In this document: positions 1-9,102 of the stretch, one piece after another
Numbering within the stretch: position 1 is the stretch's first letter
How the letters are laid out: every line of letters starts with the position of its first letter
Virus record (IMG/VR): IMGVR_UViG_3300031087_000513
Reading direction: 5' to 3' (one strand)
DNA: 52,544 nt
Origin: an uncultured virus (IMG/VR IMGVR_UViG_3300031087_000513)
Taxonomy: Duplodnaviria > Heunggongvirae > Uroviricota > Caudoviricetes
The notes under the pieces: model-generated
The model's input: only the letters and a program-made list of their open reading frames with translations
Told to the model about the DNA's origin: nothing
Databases searched by the model: none
Made by a program: the position numbers and the translations under genes

Positions 1-40
1 TCTGCTGAGTAAGCTCTTCTTCATGTTCATGTGTCATCTG

Positions 41-337
41 CTAACCCCTATAGGTTTTCGGGCGACCGTTAGCAACCCAAGTTTTATATGCGTTCGCAGA
101 AGATTCAGAACTTCGACGTTCTTCACGATCATTAGCGGCATGTGCAATTTCTCGGGCTCTCTGCAGCGCCGTCTTAGGGGTCGGTAGAAATTTCAAATGC
201 TCCAAAAGCTTCGTATAACTCTTTGTAATAGAGTCGTGAGCTTCTTGTTTGAACTCATTTGTGACAGACGGATCATCCAAAGGAACCCATCCTGATTCCT
301 TCGTATACAGTTGGACCGTACTCTTCGTGGCAGTCAT
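41..337 (-). CDS. hypothetical protein
   Basis: 98-aa ORF; upstream TATACT -10-like element on minus strand. Confidence 0.6.
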   Translation of the reverse strand: MTATKSTVQLYTKESGWVPLDDPSVTNEFKQEAHDSITKSYTKLLEHLKFLPTPKTALQRAREIAHAANDREERRSSESSANAYKTWVANGRPKTYRG

Positions 338-532
338 CTTCTACTCTCAAACATATGAACTGAATGCCTTAGTATATCGTCATTTTTAGAGCAGGTCAAT
401 GATTTTGATAAACAAAGTTGTCCGCTACCAGTATTCTATCCTTCTAATCAACTGAAAATAGTATAACTTGTCTAACTAAATCAATAGCTCCTTCCGATGT
501 ATACAAAAGAACCTCAATCAGGAAGAACCGTC

Positions 533-997
533 ATGACACTTACCGCCGAAGAACGTGCAGAATACCTACGTAGAGTAGAAGCTGAAGAATATCCTGAGCG
601 GGAAGAAGAGCGCAAAGCTCGCGTCTATAAAGACCTCCGTAACAGTGTCAAACTCCTTCGCAACATCATCGTTGTAGAAGCCGGAGATGAAACTCCTTCA
701 AAAGGCATTCTTCACCATGAGATGGGTGACCCTCGCCTTGCAGACGATGAATATGAACTCACATATGATGGTAAAGGCGCATTAGAGTTCATTGAAGAGA
801 TTCGTGATACCTACAAGCTTGTCAAAGCAAACCACGACTTAAATTTTGACGACAGCGGTATTGTCATCATGCTCAACTATCTGTTCCGAACCATTCTTCT
901 CACCCATGAAATCGGTGACACTATCTTCATCAGCCGTGACCGTGTAGTGCTCTTCCATGAAGACGTAACTACGTATGCTGACCAGGAAAACCTGTAA
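533..997 (+). CDS. hypothetical protein
   Basis: ORF 497..997; ATG 533 follows AGGAAG SD-like sequence. Confidence 0.7.
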   Translation: MTLTAEERAEYLRRVEAEEYPEREEERKARVYKDLRNSVKLLRNIIVVEAGDETPSKGILHHEMGDPRLADDEYELTYDGKGALEFIEEIRDTYKLVKANHDLNFDDSGIVIMLNYLFRTILLTHEIGDTIFISRDRVVLFHEDVTTYADQENL

Positions 998-1036
998 ACC
1001 AGAGCTTCTGAACGAATAACCGATACACTGAATGTT

Positions 1037-1462
1037 ATGAAGAACAGTATCTGGTTGACTTTTACCTCCGTCGCATGTCTTGCCGTCATGCTTACATCCT
1101 GCTCTGCGCCGCAGCATATTCAAGCTCCTGGAACAGTTGGAGACATGTATGAGAATAGCGAGTATGTGGCTGGCACTGAATACTATGTCAACGGGGATCA
1201 TGCGAACGCGGCGGATGATGTGAAAATTAGCATCAAACCAATAGCGAAAAATGATGAAGGCGTAGAAACCACTAGCATTGTCCCTTGGAAGCAGACTCGC
1301 CCCGCTGCTTTGGGAGATAAAGTCAAAATGACCGTTCAATCGTACACAGAGAACGGCACTGTTGAATGCCAAATCTCATCAGGAAAATACATTGTACATA
1401 ACACAGCCAAAGGCAAAACACCCAAAGTGACATGCGCCATGACTATACCGAAAAAGCCGTAG
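1037..1462 (+). CDS. putative lipoprotein
   Basis: Signal peptide with LTSC lipobox; leaderless, CGATA motif starts 16 nt upstream. Confidence 0.75.
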   Translation: MKNSIWLTFTSVACLAVMLTSCSAPQHIQAPGTVGDMYENSEYVAGTEYYVNGDHANAADDVKISIKPIAKNDEGVETTSIVPWKQTRPAALGDKVKMTVQSYTENGTVECQISSGKYIVHNTAKGKTPKVTCAMTIPKKP

Positions 1463-1491
1463 AAGATGCGAACCTTCTACGGCTTTTTCGG
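1448..1491. terminator. bidirectional intrinsic terminator
   Basis: 18-bp inverted repeat CCGAAAAAGCCGTAGAAG/CTTCTACGGCTTTTTCGG between convergent genes. Confidence 0.85.
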
Positions 1492-1499
1492 CAATTCCA

Positions 1500-2273
1500 T
1501 TACTGCCCGAACTTCTCCAACACCGCCTGAACAGTCGCCTCACGGTCAAGGCCAACCATCTCGTCAGTATTCAAGAACTTCATCACCTTACCCAGCTCAG
1601 GGCCAGGAGTAAGACCAAGCAACTTTGCAATGTCATTACCGTTCAACGCAGGACGCAGCGCAGCGCGAGCATCCTTCGCCTTCACACGAGCAATCTCCTC
1701 CTGCAACTCCCCAACAGTACGGTGAAGTGCTGCACGCTTCTTGTCAATACCTGTCGTAGCGTCAGAGTAGAAAATGACAATCAAACGCTCCAACTGCTTC
1801 ATGTTACCAGCGTCAACACTCAGACGACGGACCGCAGACTCACTCCAACCAGACTTGAACGTGTGCGAACGCATGTGCATGAACACAAGACGAGCAACAG
1901 CGTCAGTCTCATCCTTGGAGTAACCGTGGCGCGGAAGAATCTTCCGAACCATCTTAGAACCCACAACATCGTGGTTCGTGAAAGATACGACACCCTTCTT
2001 GCCGAACTCACGAGTAGCAGGCTTACCGATGTCATGGAACAGTGCAGCAGTGCGAAGAATCAAATCAACGCCCTCAGTCTCACGAGCGATAGCGTTCTCC
2101 AACACCTTGAAAGAGTGCTCCAAGTTGTCCTTGTGGTGGTACCCAGCAGGAATCTCCATGCGAAGCTCAGCCAGAGTCGGCTCCAACTCAGCAAGCAAGC
2201 CCTGGTCAAAAAGGGTACGAAGCTGCGCTGCCGGGTCCTCCGACAGAAGCAGGGTACGAAGCTCAGTAGACAT
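1500..2273 (-). CDS. HD-domain protein resembling the C-terminal part of CCA-adding enzyme/poly(A) polymerase, lacking the nucleotidyltransferase head
   Basis: HHKD..EHS, ALFHDIGKP, F.NHDVVG, HMR, W.ESAVRR, LNG.DI...LG..PGP..G motifs; TTGACA-17-TATGGT promoter gives leaderless ATG 2273. Confidence 0.85.
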   Translation of the reverse strand: MSTELRTLLLSEDPAAQLRTLFDQGLLAELEPTLAELRMEIPAGYHHKDNLEHSFKVLENAIARETEGVDLILRTAALFHDIGKPATREFGKKGVVSFTNHDVVGSKMVRKILPRHGYSKDETDAVARLVFMHMRSHTFKSGWSESAVRRLSVDAGNMKQLERLIVIFYSDATTGIDKKRAALHRTVGELQEEIARVKAKDARAALRPALNGNDIAKLLGLTPGPELGKVMKFLNTDEMVGLDREATVQAVLEKFGQ

Positions 2274-2352
2274 AGCCATAACCATACACGTTCTACTTCG
2301 CTCTGTCAACTCTAGGCGATCAGATGTGGTAGTTCAATGCGTACCTCAGGTC

Positions 2353-2363
2353 TTGTTAGAAAT
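2353..2363 (+). promoter_or_regulatory. TYGTTAGRWAT motif (candidate element-specific promoter)
   Basis: TTGTTAGAAAT, 6 nt before ATG 2370; same motif before four other genes. Confidence 0.65.
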
Positions 2364-2369
2364 ACTTAC

Positions 2370-2936
2370 ATGAGTAAACCTGGTGTATGCGAAGCAAAAG
2401 ACCCAACAACATGTAGACATCATGGGACCCAAGCTGTCATTGAACAAGCAGTTCAAGTCCGAGATATCAACGACTACTTTGCAGCGCGTGAAGCAGATGC
2501 TGAGGAGAAAGAACGTCAGCGCGAATTCATTTTCTCCCTTATTGAATCAGACCTGAAAAAAGTTGAATGGGATGGTTACGAAGTAAAAGTCCGCAGTCTC
2601 ATCCACAGCCTAACAAATAAATACGGTACCCCAAAAATTGGAAGAACTCGTGCTGTATTTGACAGTCAAGACGGTAACGTCATCAAAGTCCCCTTCAATG
2701 ATGAAGGAGAGATGGCGAATGGTTATGAACACAAAGCAGGCAAACAGCAGGACCCATACATTCCAGTAGCTGCTAACCACTTTGACCAGATAGATGGAGT
2801 TGATGTGTTAGTCATGGAGAAAGTTCGTGAGCATCGTTTCAAGTCATACAATGATGTTCCAGAATGGGTAGGTTCAGTAGATTCAGGTCAAGTCGGATAT
2901 GACCGTAACGGGAACCTTGTCGCATACGATTTGTAA
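2370..2936 (+). CDS. minimal protein-kinase-like fold protein with N-terminal Cys-Cys-His tag
   Basis: G-RTRAVF, VIKVP, helix E, LVMEKV, VDSGQVGY and VAYDL resemble kinase subdomains. Confidence 0.55.
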   Translation: MSKPGVCEAKDPTTCRHHGTQAVIEQAVQVRDINDYFAAREADAEEKERQREFIFSLIESDLKKVEWDGYEVKVRSLIHSLTNKYGTPKIGRTRAVFDSQDGNVIKVPFNDEGEMANGYEHKAGKQQDPYIPVAANHFDQIDGVDVLVMEKVREHRFKSYNDVPEWVGSVDSGQVGYDRNGNLVAYDL

Positions 2937-2955
2937 CCCTCCGCGCATAGGGTAG

Positions 2956-3288
2956 ATGAACACTCCAATTGAAAGGCACATCTACCCTATGTTTGACCGT
3001 GAAATGCTGACTGAAACTGTTGTTCCAACTCTCCTGAGTCGTGAAACGCCAGAACAACAAGGCTCCTATCTGTACGGTTTACTACTCTCCACAGAATATC
3101 ATGCGCTTAGTGATGCAGTAGATGCTATGGAAGCCGCAGCCATCATTACAGAAGAGAATGAAACAGTCTCTACTGAATACTTAGTTGCTATGCAGCTGCT
3201 TCTCAAATGGATTGAATGTAGAGCTGATGCTGACAAAATTCCAGCAGACAAACGTCACTGGCGAACAGCTACCACAGTTCAACCGTAA
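2956..3288 (+). CDS. hypothetical protein
   Basis: 110-aa ORF directly following previous gene. Confidence 0.65.
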   Translation: MNTPIERHIYPMFDREMLTETVVPTLLSRETPEQQGSYLYGLLLSTEYHALSDAVDAMEAAAIITEENETVSTEYLVAMQLLLKWIECRADADKIPADKRHWRTATTVQP

Positions 3289-3959
3289 GAAGACTCCGTG
3301 GTTTTCTTCCCCACAAACTCAGGAAAACCAGGAATGCGTGTCTGAACCTTCCAGTCAACGTTCAAGGCGAAGAAGCTTGTAAAGTCCGTGCGGTACATGG
3401 TCTTATCCTCAGCTTCAAAATACCCCAAAGGCTCCTTGAACTCATCCTCCGCATAGGAACTCACTCCACGGAACACTGCAATCTTACCGTTTGGAAGAAG
3501 AACCTCATGAGGGCGAAGCTTGTTGAAATTTGGAGCTGCGAACTTCCGTGAAGATAACTTCACCATCTCAGTGTTCGCATACCAACGAGGAATCCGCGCC
3601 ACATGAAGCGGCTTCGAGTATGCGGAAGCAATTTTACTCTGCCAGTTGCGAGTCATACCAAAATCAAGAGCCTGCTGAAGCCACTCGTCATTATGGCCAT
3701 GGCGGGAAGAAAGAACAGCGTGCGCCATCTCATGACACATAGCGTTATGGAAGAACTGGTCATCCGCGCCATAAATATCGAAAGCACTCACATGAATCTC
3801 ACGCTTATCATAATTGCAAGACGCATGACGAGAGTAACGGAATTTTGGGTGGTCAAACTGCACTGTCCAACCATCAGCGGACAAGCCAGCCTTATCCAGC
3901 ATGGACTGACCAAGCTGCAACGCTTCAAGCGCTTCCAGGGTTCCCATTGCGTTTACCAT
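3279..3959 (-). CDS. SprT-like zinc metalloprotease
   Basis: HEMAH...HGH..W motif with upstream ASCNY; exact start uncertain. Confidence 0.8.
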   Translation of the reverse strand: MVNAMGTLEALEALQLGQSMLDKAGLSADGWTVQFDHPKFRYSRHASCNYDKREIHVSAFDIYGADDQFFHNAMCHEMAHAVLSSRHGHNDEWLQQALDFGMTRNWQSKIASAYSKPLHVARIPRWYANTEMVKLSSRKFAAPNFNKLRPHEVLLPNGKIAVFRGVSSYAEDEFKEPLGYFEAEDKTMYRTDFTSFFALNVDWKVQTRIPGFPEFVGKKTTESSYG

Positions 3960-4035
3960 CTCTCCAAGATAAATATACCTCATCCTATCATGGACAAGGT
4001 TGATCGTGCAACTCAAAATGTGGTACAATATTTCC

Positions 4036-4557
4036 ATGAACGACATCCTCACGATCCAGCCAGGTGAAACTCCAGAAGAGTACCGTGCACGTCTTGTTAG
4101 CATCCTCAACAAGGAAGACATTATTACCAGTGCTTACAAAGTACTGCATAAGCTTCGCACATTCTTCTCTCCTTACAACCTCAACCCTGACTCAATGTTT
4201 TTCTCAGAGAAAACCAACGCCATTCCAGGGTTTGACATGTACAAGCTCAACCCAGCCTACAATAGCCGCCAGGCTCATGAAGTCCTCACCAATCTTCTCC
4301 GTGTGCATTTCCTGCTTACCAGCAGCGACCCACGTTTAGCTGTGAACAGCACAGGTATCAATCGCATGCTCACACATTTGGAAGATACACTCTACGAAAT
4401 TGCTGGATCACCAGACGAGGACACAGACTTCCTCATCAGCCAGACCCGTCAGCAGCTGTTCGAGCTGGATTTGCTTGATTTTGAAAGTAACATCCATGCT
4501 TTACAGAGTGAACACTTCCGCCTCTTCGGAGAACGGAAAGAAGAACCACTGTTCTGA
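4036..4557 (+). CDS. hypothetical protein
   Basis: Leaderless ATG after TGGTACAAT extended -10. Confidence 0.7.
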   Translation: MNDILTIQPGETPEEYRARLVSILNKEDIITSAYKVLHKLRTFFSPYNLNPDSMFFSEKTNAIPGFDMYKLNPAYNSRQAHEVLTNLLRVHFLLTSSDPRLAVNSTGINRMLTHLEDTLYEIAGSPDEDTDFLISQTRQQLFELDLLDFESNIHALQSEHFRLFGERKEEPLF

Positions 4558-4641
4558 CTAACGAAAAACCATCTTGCTGATGTAGGATGGTTTTTCTCAT
4601 TAATTGAAGCTCTTTGACCAAGAAATGATAGCAATGGGATT

Positions 4642-4827
4642 ATGAAAGCATTAAAACGTTCCGCCACAGCGGTAGAAGAAGCAATTAGAGGATTGGGCTA
4701 TACTCAAATATTAATCATTACCGTCTTTGTTGGCATACCTGTGTTATGGGCAATGATAGCACCTGATAACTTCTGGCATACAATGATTGAGCTTGGCTCT
4801 ATGGGTACAGGCCCAATATGGCCATGA
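4642..4827 (+). CDS. small membrane protein
   Basis: 61 aa, one hydrophobic segment. Confidence 0.5.
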   Translation: MKALKRSATAVEEAIRGLGYTQILIITVFVGIPVLWAMIAPDNFWHTMIELGSMGTGPIWP

Positions 4828-5030
4828 TGGAAGACACTATGGTTATGAAAATCAAAGCATCTGTGCGAGCTATCTTAGCTTGGATACAGTTGAACCCAAT
4901 ATCGCTATTCCTGTTTATCCTTGCATTTGCAATGGGAATTGCATTTATCATTTACCCGCATATGATGGATTGGACAAATGTTCAATGCGGTGGTGAACCC
5001 TGTACGACATTACCAATTACGTTTGAATAG
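4818..5030 (+). CDS. small membrane protein
   Basis: 70 aa, one hydrophobic segment, overlaps previous gene. Confidence 0.5.
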   Translation: MAMMEDTMVMKIKASVRAILAWIQLNPISLFLFILAFAMGIAFIIYPHMMDWTNVQCGGEPCTTLPITFE

Positions 5031-5048
5031 CAAATCTGGATAGTAGAA

Positions 5049-5097
5049 TGAATAAGTAAGAGCCATGACTTTGGTAGTCATGGCTCTTACTTATTCA
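5049..5097. terminator. bidirectional terminator, 22-bp perfect stem
   Basis: TGAATAAGTAAGAGCCATGACT-5nt-AGTCATGGCTCTTACTTATTCA between convergent genes. Confidence 0.85.
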
Positions 5098-5735
5098 AGG
5101 GACTGGAATGTGTTGAGTGCGAAGTCATTTCTGCGCCGGAACGAATCATCAGTTCTGACGTGATTTTCCCGCACCCACTTCGCAACATGGGTCTGGAAGT
5201 CATCGTAGTGGAAGCTCCCAGCGTCACGGATAACAAATCCTTCGGAAGTATCCTCATCGTGGTTCTTCTCCCATGCGGCAGTGGCTTCGTTGAAGTCAGT
5301 ACCACGGTAGAGAAGAGGAACGGTGTGAAGGTTGAGCAGTTCAGCCCATTCCGTCATCTCGTCCCAGCTCAGAAGACGGTCATCCTCCCACACTGCGAAC
5401 AGCATGAACGGAGAAGGGAGGTCATCATAATCTACTGAACGACGACCCTGCAAGGACTCACCAGAGAGACGGATGTTCTCAGGAAGGTCCCAACGGATGC
5501 GAGTCCAGATACGACGAGCATAGGCATCCCACGGGTGGTTTGTTCCATCAACGCTTCTTGCAAAAGCACGATTGCGCGTTAAATTAAAGTTTGACCCGTC
5601 CAATTTTTCTGTCGAAATAAGTTCAATTCCCGACTGAAGATACTCCAAGGTTTCAGGAGCAACACGCTTGTCATCTGCGCTCAAAGTCTTTGAGGTAGGC
5701 AGGTGGAACGTTCGCGGATACTTTCGGATACTCAT
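5091..5735 (-). CDS. RNA ligase family protein
   Basis: KYPRTFHLP, TEKLDGSN (motif I), EGFVIR (IV), AKWVR (V). Confidence 0.9.
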   Translation of the reverse strand: MSIRKYPRTFHLPTSKTLSADDKRVAPETLEYLQSGIELISTEKLDGSNFNLTRNRAFARSVDGTNHPWDAYARRIWTRIRWDLPENIRLSGESLQGRRSVDYDDLPSPFMLFAVWEDDRLLSWDEMTEWAELLNLHTVPLLYRGTDFNEATAAWEKNHDEDTSEGFVIRDAGSFHYDDFQTHVAKWVRENHVRTDDSFRRRNDFALNTFQSLE

Positions 5736-5846
5736 CGTTACTCACCTTCCTTTCATCTCATTGGTAAGAACATAGGAAGACTATCACAACCTTCGGGCTT
5801 CTGCAAGCTCTGTGGTAACATACTACTCTACCCGATAGGCAACTCT

Positions 5847-6080
5847 ATGCACATCATCCACGGAGCAACGTACCGCGACACTCGTACAGGTGAAAACGCG
5901 GTACTGTTGGGACTCAAAGTTTCGCAGACTGTCGTAAAGTACGATAACGGAGCGAAGTCGATCCCTCATGCTGAGTTCAATGAGTTCTTTGTTGAAACTG
6001 GAATTCATGACCATGAGAGTTTTTGCTGTGATGAACATGATCTTCACACAATGCCTCATAAGGGTTGCATCCTTCGTTGA
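5847..6080 (+). CDS. hypothetical protein with C-terminal Cys/His cluster
   Basis: ORF 5703..6080; likely start MHIIHG; CC..H..H..PH.GC. Confidence 0.6.
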   Translation: MHIIHGATYRDTRTGENAVLLGLKVSQTVVKYDNGAKSIPHAEFNEFFVETGIHDHESFCCDEHDLHTMPHKGCILR

Positions 6081-6122
6081 TTCTCTCTTCCGTTTTGGTT
6101 TACGCTGTGGTAGGATGAAAGC

Positions 6123-6590
6123 ATGACTGATTACAAGCTTCGTTATAAGACTCCTCTTGTGCTTCCTTTTCAGGGCATGGAGGAGTCAGGTGCAGCGTTC
6201 CGTCGCGTACTGAACGCCTGGCTTTTCAGCAAGCGGGAGGCTCAGTATTTCCTGATGGAGGGACCTATCCCTGGTGTTGATGACAGTAAGTTCCGTGAGC
6301 TGTTGAACCGCTACATGGAGCAGAAGCAGGCTGAGGCTCAGCAGGATGTTGAAGCTGTTGGTGCTGACACGGTGATGAGCGGGACTCCGCATCTTCTTCC
6401 GCGTTTTGTGGAGAATGGTGACCTTGTTTCCTGCGATGAGCCTTCTGTTGAGGCTTTCGTGTACGAGAATGCTACTGGCCGCTGGGTTCCACTTCGCGTT
6501 GGGGACTTCATTGTCTCTGAGACGAACGACCCATGGGTGAGTAGCTACCTGGTTGGAATTTTGGGACGCGTTCCAAAGGATGAGGTTTAA
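6123..6590 (+). CDS. hypothetical protein
   Basis: Leaderless after TGGTAGGAT; VGDFIV motif. Confidence 0.7.
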   Translation: MTDYKLRYKTPLVLPFQGMEESGAAFRRVLNAWLFSKREAQYFLMEGPIPGVDDSKFRELLNRYMEQKQAEAQQDVEAVGADTVMSGTPHLLPRFVENGDLVSCDEPSVEAFVYENATGRWVPLRVGDFIVSETNDPWVSSYLVGILGRVPKDEV

Positions 6591-6598
6591 TAACTCTC

Positions 6599-6994
6599 AT
6601 GTTCATTCATGGTTCTACGGATAAACTGCTGACTATCGCCAGTTTGGTTGATGGTTGGGGCGGCGGGAAGGCAGCTGTTTCTGTTGTGTGCTTGAATGCA
6701 GCAGAACAGGTGCTTTCTTTGTGCGCTGAGCAGGGGTTCGCTGAGCCAGATCAGATTTTCCCTATTTCCGCTGGTTTGTTCCTCAACTGGTTCGATTTAC
6801 CGTACACGACAAACCTGACTATCTTTTTTGATGAGGATTCAAAAGATAGGGTTCGTGTTCGTGTGAATGATTATGACACGCGGATTATTTCAGAGGAAAC
6901 ATTCGTCTCAACGAAGATGGCGAGTATTTTGGAGTTTGTTTCCCGCAAGTTCGGGGAGCACGAAAGTGATTTGACGCGCTATCAGCGTGTCTGA
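6599..6994 (+). CDS. hypothetical protein (GW-x-G/P-x-I-F-P family, paralog 1)
   Basis: L..DGWGG..A.VS...PDQIFP...L.W pattern shared with 6987 and 15638. Confidence 0.65.
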   Translation: MFIHGSTDKLLTIASLVDGWGGGKAAVSVVCLNAAEQVLSLCAEQGFAEPDQIFPISAGLFLNWFDLPYTTNLTIFFDEDSKDRVRVRVNDYDTRIISEETFVSTKMASILEFVSRKFGEHESDLTRYQRV

Positions 6995-7403
6995 GAAGAG
7001 AAAAGGTATAACTATGACAGATGTTGAATACCCACAGGAGCTACAAGGATTCCTTTCCCGTATGGAAACTGTTCGAAATTTCGGTGAAGGATGGGATGAG
7101 GGAACAGCTGGTCCTGTTTCTGAGGAGTCTTTACAGGCTGCTTTGCGTTTAGTACTGCATGCCCATGAAGACGGTATTGCTACTCCTGGATTGTTCCCGA
7201 TGGAATTTTCTGGCGCACAGTCAGGTGTTACTATTGAATGGTCCTCCCCGTATTATGTGGTGAGTGTTGAAGTTCGCCCTGATGGCAAGCGTTTTGATTT
7301 GTTTGATTTGAACGTTGAAAGCAAAGACGTAACAACACAGTTAGATAATGCAGATGAGACACTTGCGAAGACATTTATCTCAGCTGCCCTTAGTGAAATT
7401 TGA
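6987..7403 (+). CDS. hypothetical protein (paralog 2)
   Basis: GWDEG.A.PVS...PGLFP...GVTIEW. Confidence 0.7.
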   Translation: MSEKRKGITMTDVEYPQELQGFLSRMETVRNFGEGWDEGTAGPVSEESLQAALRLVLHAHEDGIATPGLFPMEFSGAQSGVTIEWSSPYYVVSVEVRPDGKRFDLFDLNVESKDVTTQLDNADETLAKTFISAALSEI

Positions 7404-7416
7404 GAGGAATACTATA

Positions 7417-7683
7417 ATGCCTTTACTTAATACTGCTGGATTGTCCCGACTCGCCGCTCAGCGACGAGATGAGATTGCTGAGCTGAGTCGCGCGACTGAG
7501 CGAGCTGTTGTTATCTTGAATGCTTCCCCAGAGGGCATTCTGGAAAGAAAATTATGTGAGCAGTTGAAGAGCGAGTGTTCAACAACTCAGTCTGTAGCTG
7601 CTTCTGCAGTGGATTATCTTCGGTCTTCTGGCAAAGCCACAAAGAACTGGGAGACAGGGCTACTTACTCCTACCTACAAGTAA
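7417..7683 (+). CDS. hypothetical protein, possible winged helix
   Basis: GAGGA SD; helical ORF ending in L..G..beta hairpin pattern. Confidence 0.6.
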   Translation: MPLLNTAGLSRLAAQRRDEIAELSRATERAVVILNASPEGILERKLCEQLKSECSTTQSVAASAVDYLRSSGKATKNWETGLLTPTYK

Positions 7684-7691
7684 CCCTCAAA

Positions 7692-7976
7692 CTACCTGAG
7701 CGGGGCAAGACAGCGTTGCACTTCCCCTGCAAGATAGGATTCAATTGGTTGACCTTTTCGCCATACAGTGTAATGGTCGCTTACTTCATGCTGACCTTCA
7801 CCTGCATATGCTGGTTGTCTCGTGAGAGTTTTCTCACCGTAAAGCCACCATTGTTCTTCAATGACGGTTCGGCTTGTATCATACCTGATGACAGCTGGAC
7901 CGTCTTCACGATGGAGTGAGCCTTTTTCATCACGCCATTCTTCATACTGCTCTGTATGCTGGGTAAGCATGCTCAT
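7692..7976 (-). CDS. HREDGPA-motif protein
   Basis: LHREDGPAVI..EQWW..G repeat unit. Confidence 0.6.
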   Translation of the reverse strand: MSMLTQHTEQYEEWRDEKGSLHREDGPAVIRYDTSRTVIEEQWWLYGEKTLTRQPAYAGEGQHEVSDHYTVWRKGQPIESYLAGEVQRCLAPLR

Positions 7977-8017
7977 GAGTATCCCCTTCCTCAACCCTAT
8001 GTTTTGGTTATCTGCAT

Positions 8018-8028
8018 TCGTTAGAAAT
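8018..8028 (+). promoter_or_regulatory. TYGTTAGRWAT motif
   Basis: TCGTTAGAAAT, 5 nt before ATG 8034. Confidence 0.65.
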
Positions 8029-8033
8029 ACAGC

Positions 8034-9020
8034 ATGTGTTATCCAAAACCTGGTCCCCGTTGTTCAGCTCATGCTGCTGAACTCTTACAAAAAGCCAAAA
8101 TCCGTAGACGCGCTGCGTCAGGGTTTGACTTTGAGGCTCGCCAAGCTGTTGACGATGCGCAGTTAGAGTATGATGCAACTCCTGCCGGTATACGTGAACT
8201 TGAACGTCGTATTGGTCAAGATGTGAACAGTTCCAGCAGTGACGGAACATATGAACTTCGTTTGCAGTTAGGTCGTGCAAAACGTGAAGAGCGGCTTGCT
8301 GCTGTGAAGATGAAAGATCAAGGAGATGTTCTCCACGAAGGACCATCCCAGGAAGCATCTTACCCAGCTTCTATGCAGGCTTTCACTACAAAGACAGAGG
8401 AATATCCTTCTGAAAGTTTAGAGCAAACTGGTCCTGAAATCACGGCTATGGTGCAGGATTCCACGCATTGGGTTCGTAAACTCAACACTGATGAGATTGA
8501 AGCTGCTTCCTGGTACACTTCTAACGGTTCCAGCCATGTCAATAATTATCTGTTAGGGCATGACCAAGAACAGTATGGGCAGAAGATTGACAAGAAGCAA
8601 GCAGCTGAGGCGGTAGCTCACTTAGATTCTGCATTAGAGAAAGCGGAGCGGAAGACTCCGGTGAAGCTGTACCGCGGCATCTCTCATGACATTTTAGAAC
8701 GTGAAGGTTTCCAGTATGAGGAAGAAGACAAGTATATTGATGCGAAACTTCCTGTTGGCTCCACGTTTGAATCACCTGTTTTCCAGTCTTCCACTCTTGA
8801 CTTCAAACGTGGGCGTGGCTTTGCCACAAGTCAGGTAATGTTGGAGATTCTGGCGAAGAAGGCAGCTCCTGTGTCAAACATCAGTGCATGGGGTGTCAGC
8901 GAGTCTGAGTACATTCTGCCTCGAAACCAAAAATATCGCGTCGTTGGCATCCGTGAGCATTCAACTACTCATGGTTCATTCACAAGTGTCACGAAAATCG
9001 TTCAGGTTGAGCAAATCTAA
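8034..9020 (+). CDS. VIP2/Alt-type (R-S-E) ADP-ribosyltransferase with N-terminal Cys-Cys-His tag
   Basis: YT..G...VN.YL, LYRG, FQSSTLD, ESEYILPRN motifs. Confidence 0.88.
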   Translation: MCYPKPGPRCSAHAAELLQKAKIRRRAASGFDFEARQAVDDAQLEYDATPAGIRELERRIGQDVNSSSSDGTYELRLQLGRAKREERLAAVKMKDQGDVLHEGPSQEASYPASMQAFTTKTEEYPSESLEQTGPEITAMVQDSTHWVRKLNTDEIEAASWYTSNGSSHVNNYLLGHDQEQYGQKIDKKQAAEAVAHLDSALEKAERKTPVKLYRGISHDILEREGFQYEEEDKYIDAKLPVGSTFESPVFQSSTLDFKRGRGFATSQVMLEILAKKAAPVSNISAWGVSESEYILPRNQKYRVVGIREHSTTHGSFTSVTKIVQVEQI

Positions 9021-9102
9021 GGTCAGGAGTTGACAGGCAGGTTCCCTACTGCTACTGTAAGTGTTGTTAGAGCAACATTTCATTGAGTAGAGAGAATCAA
9101 CA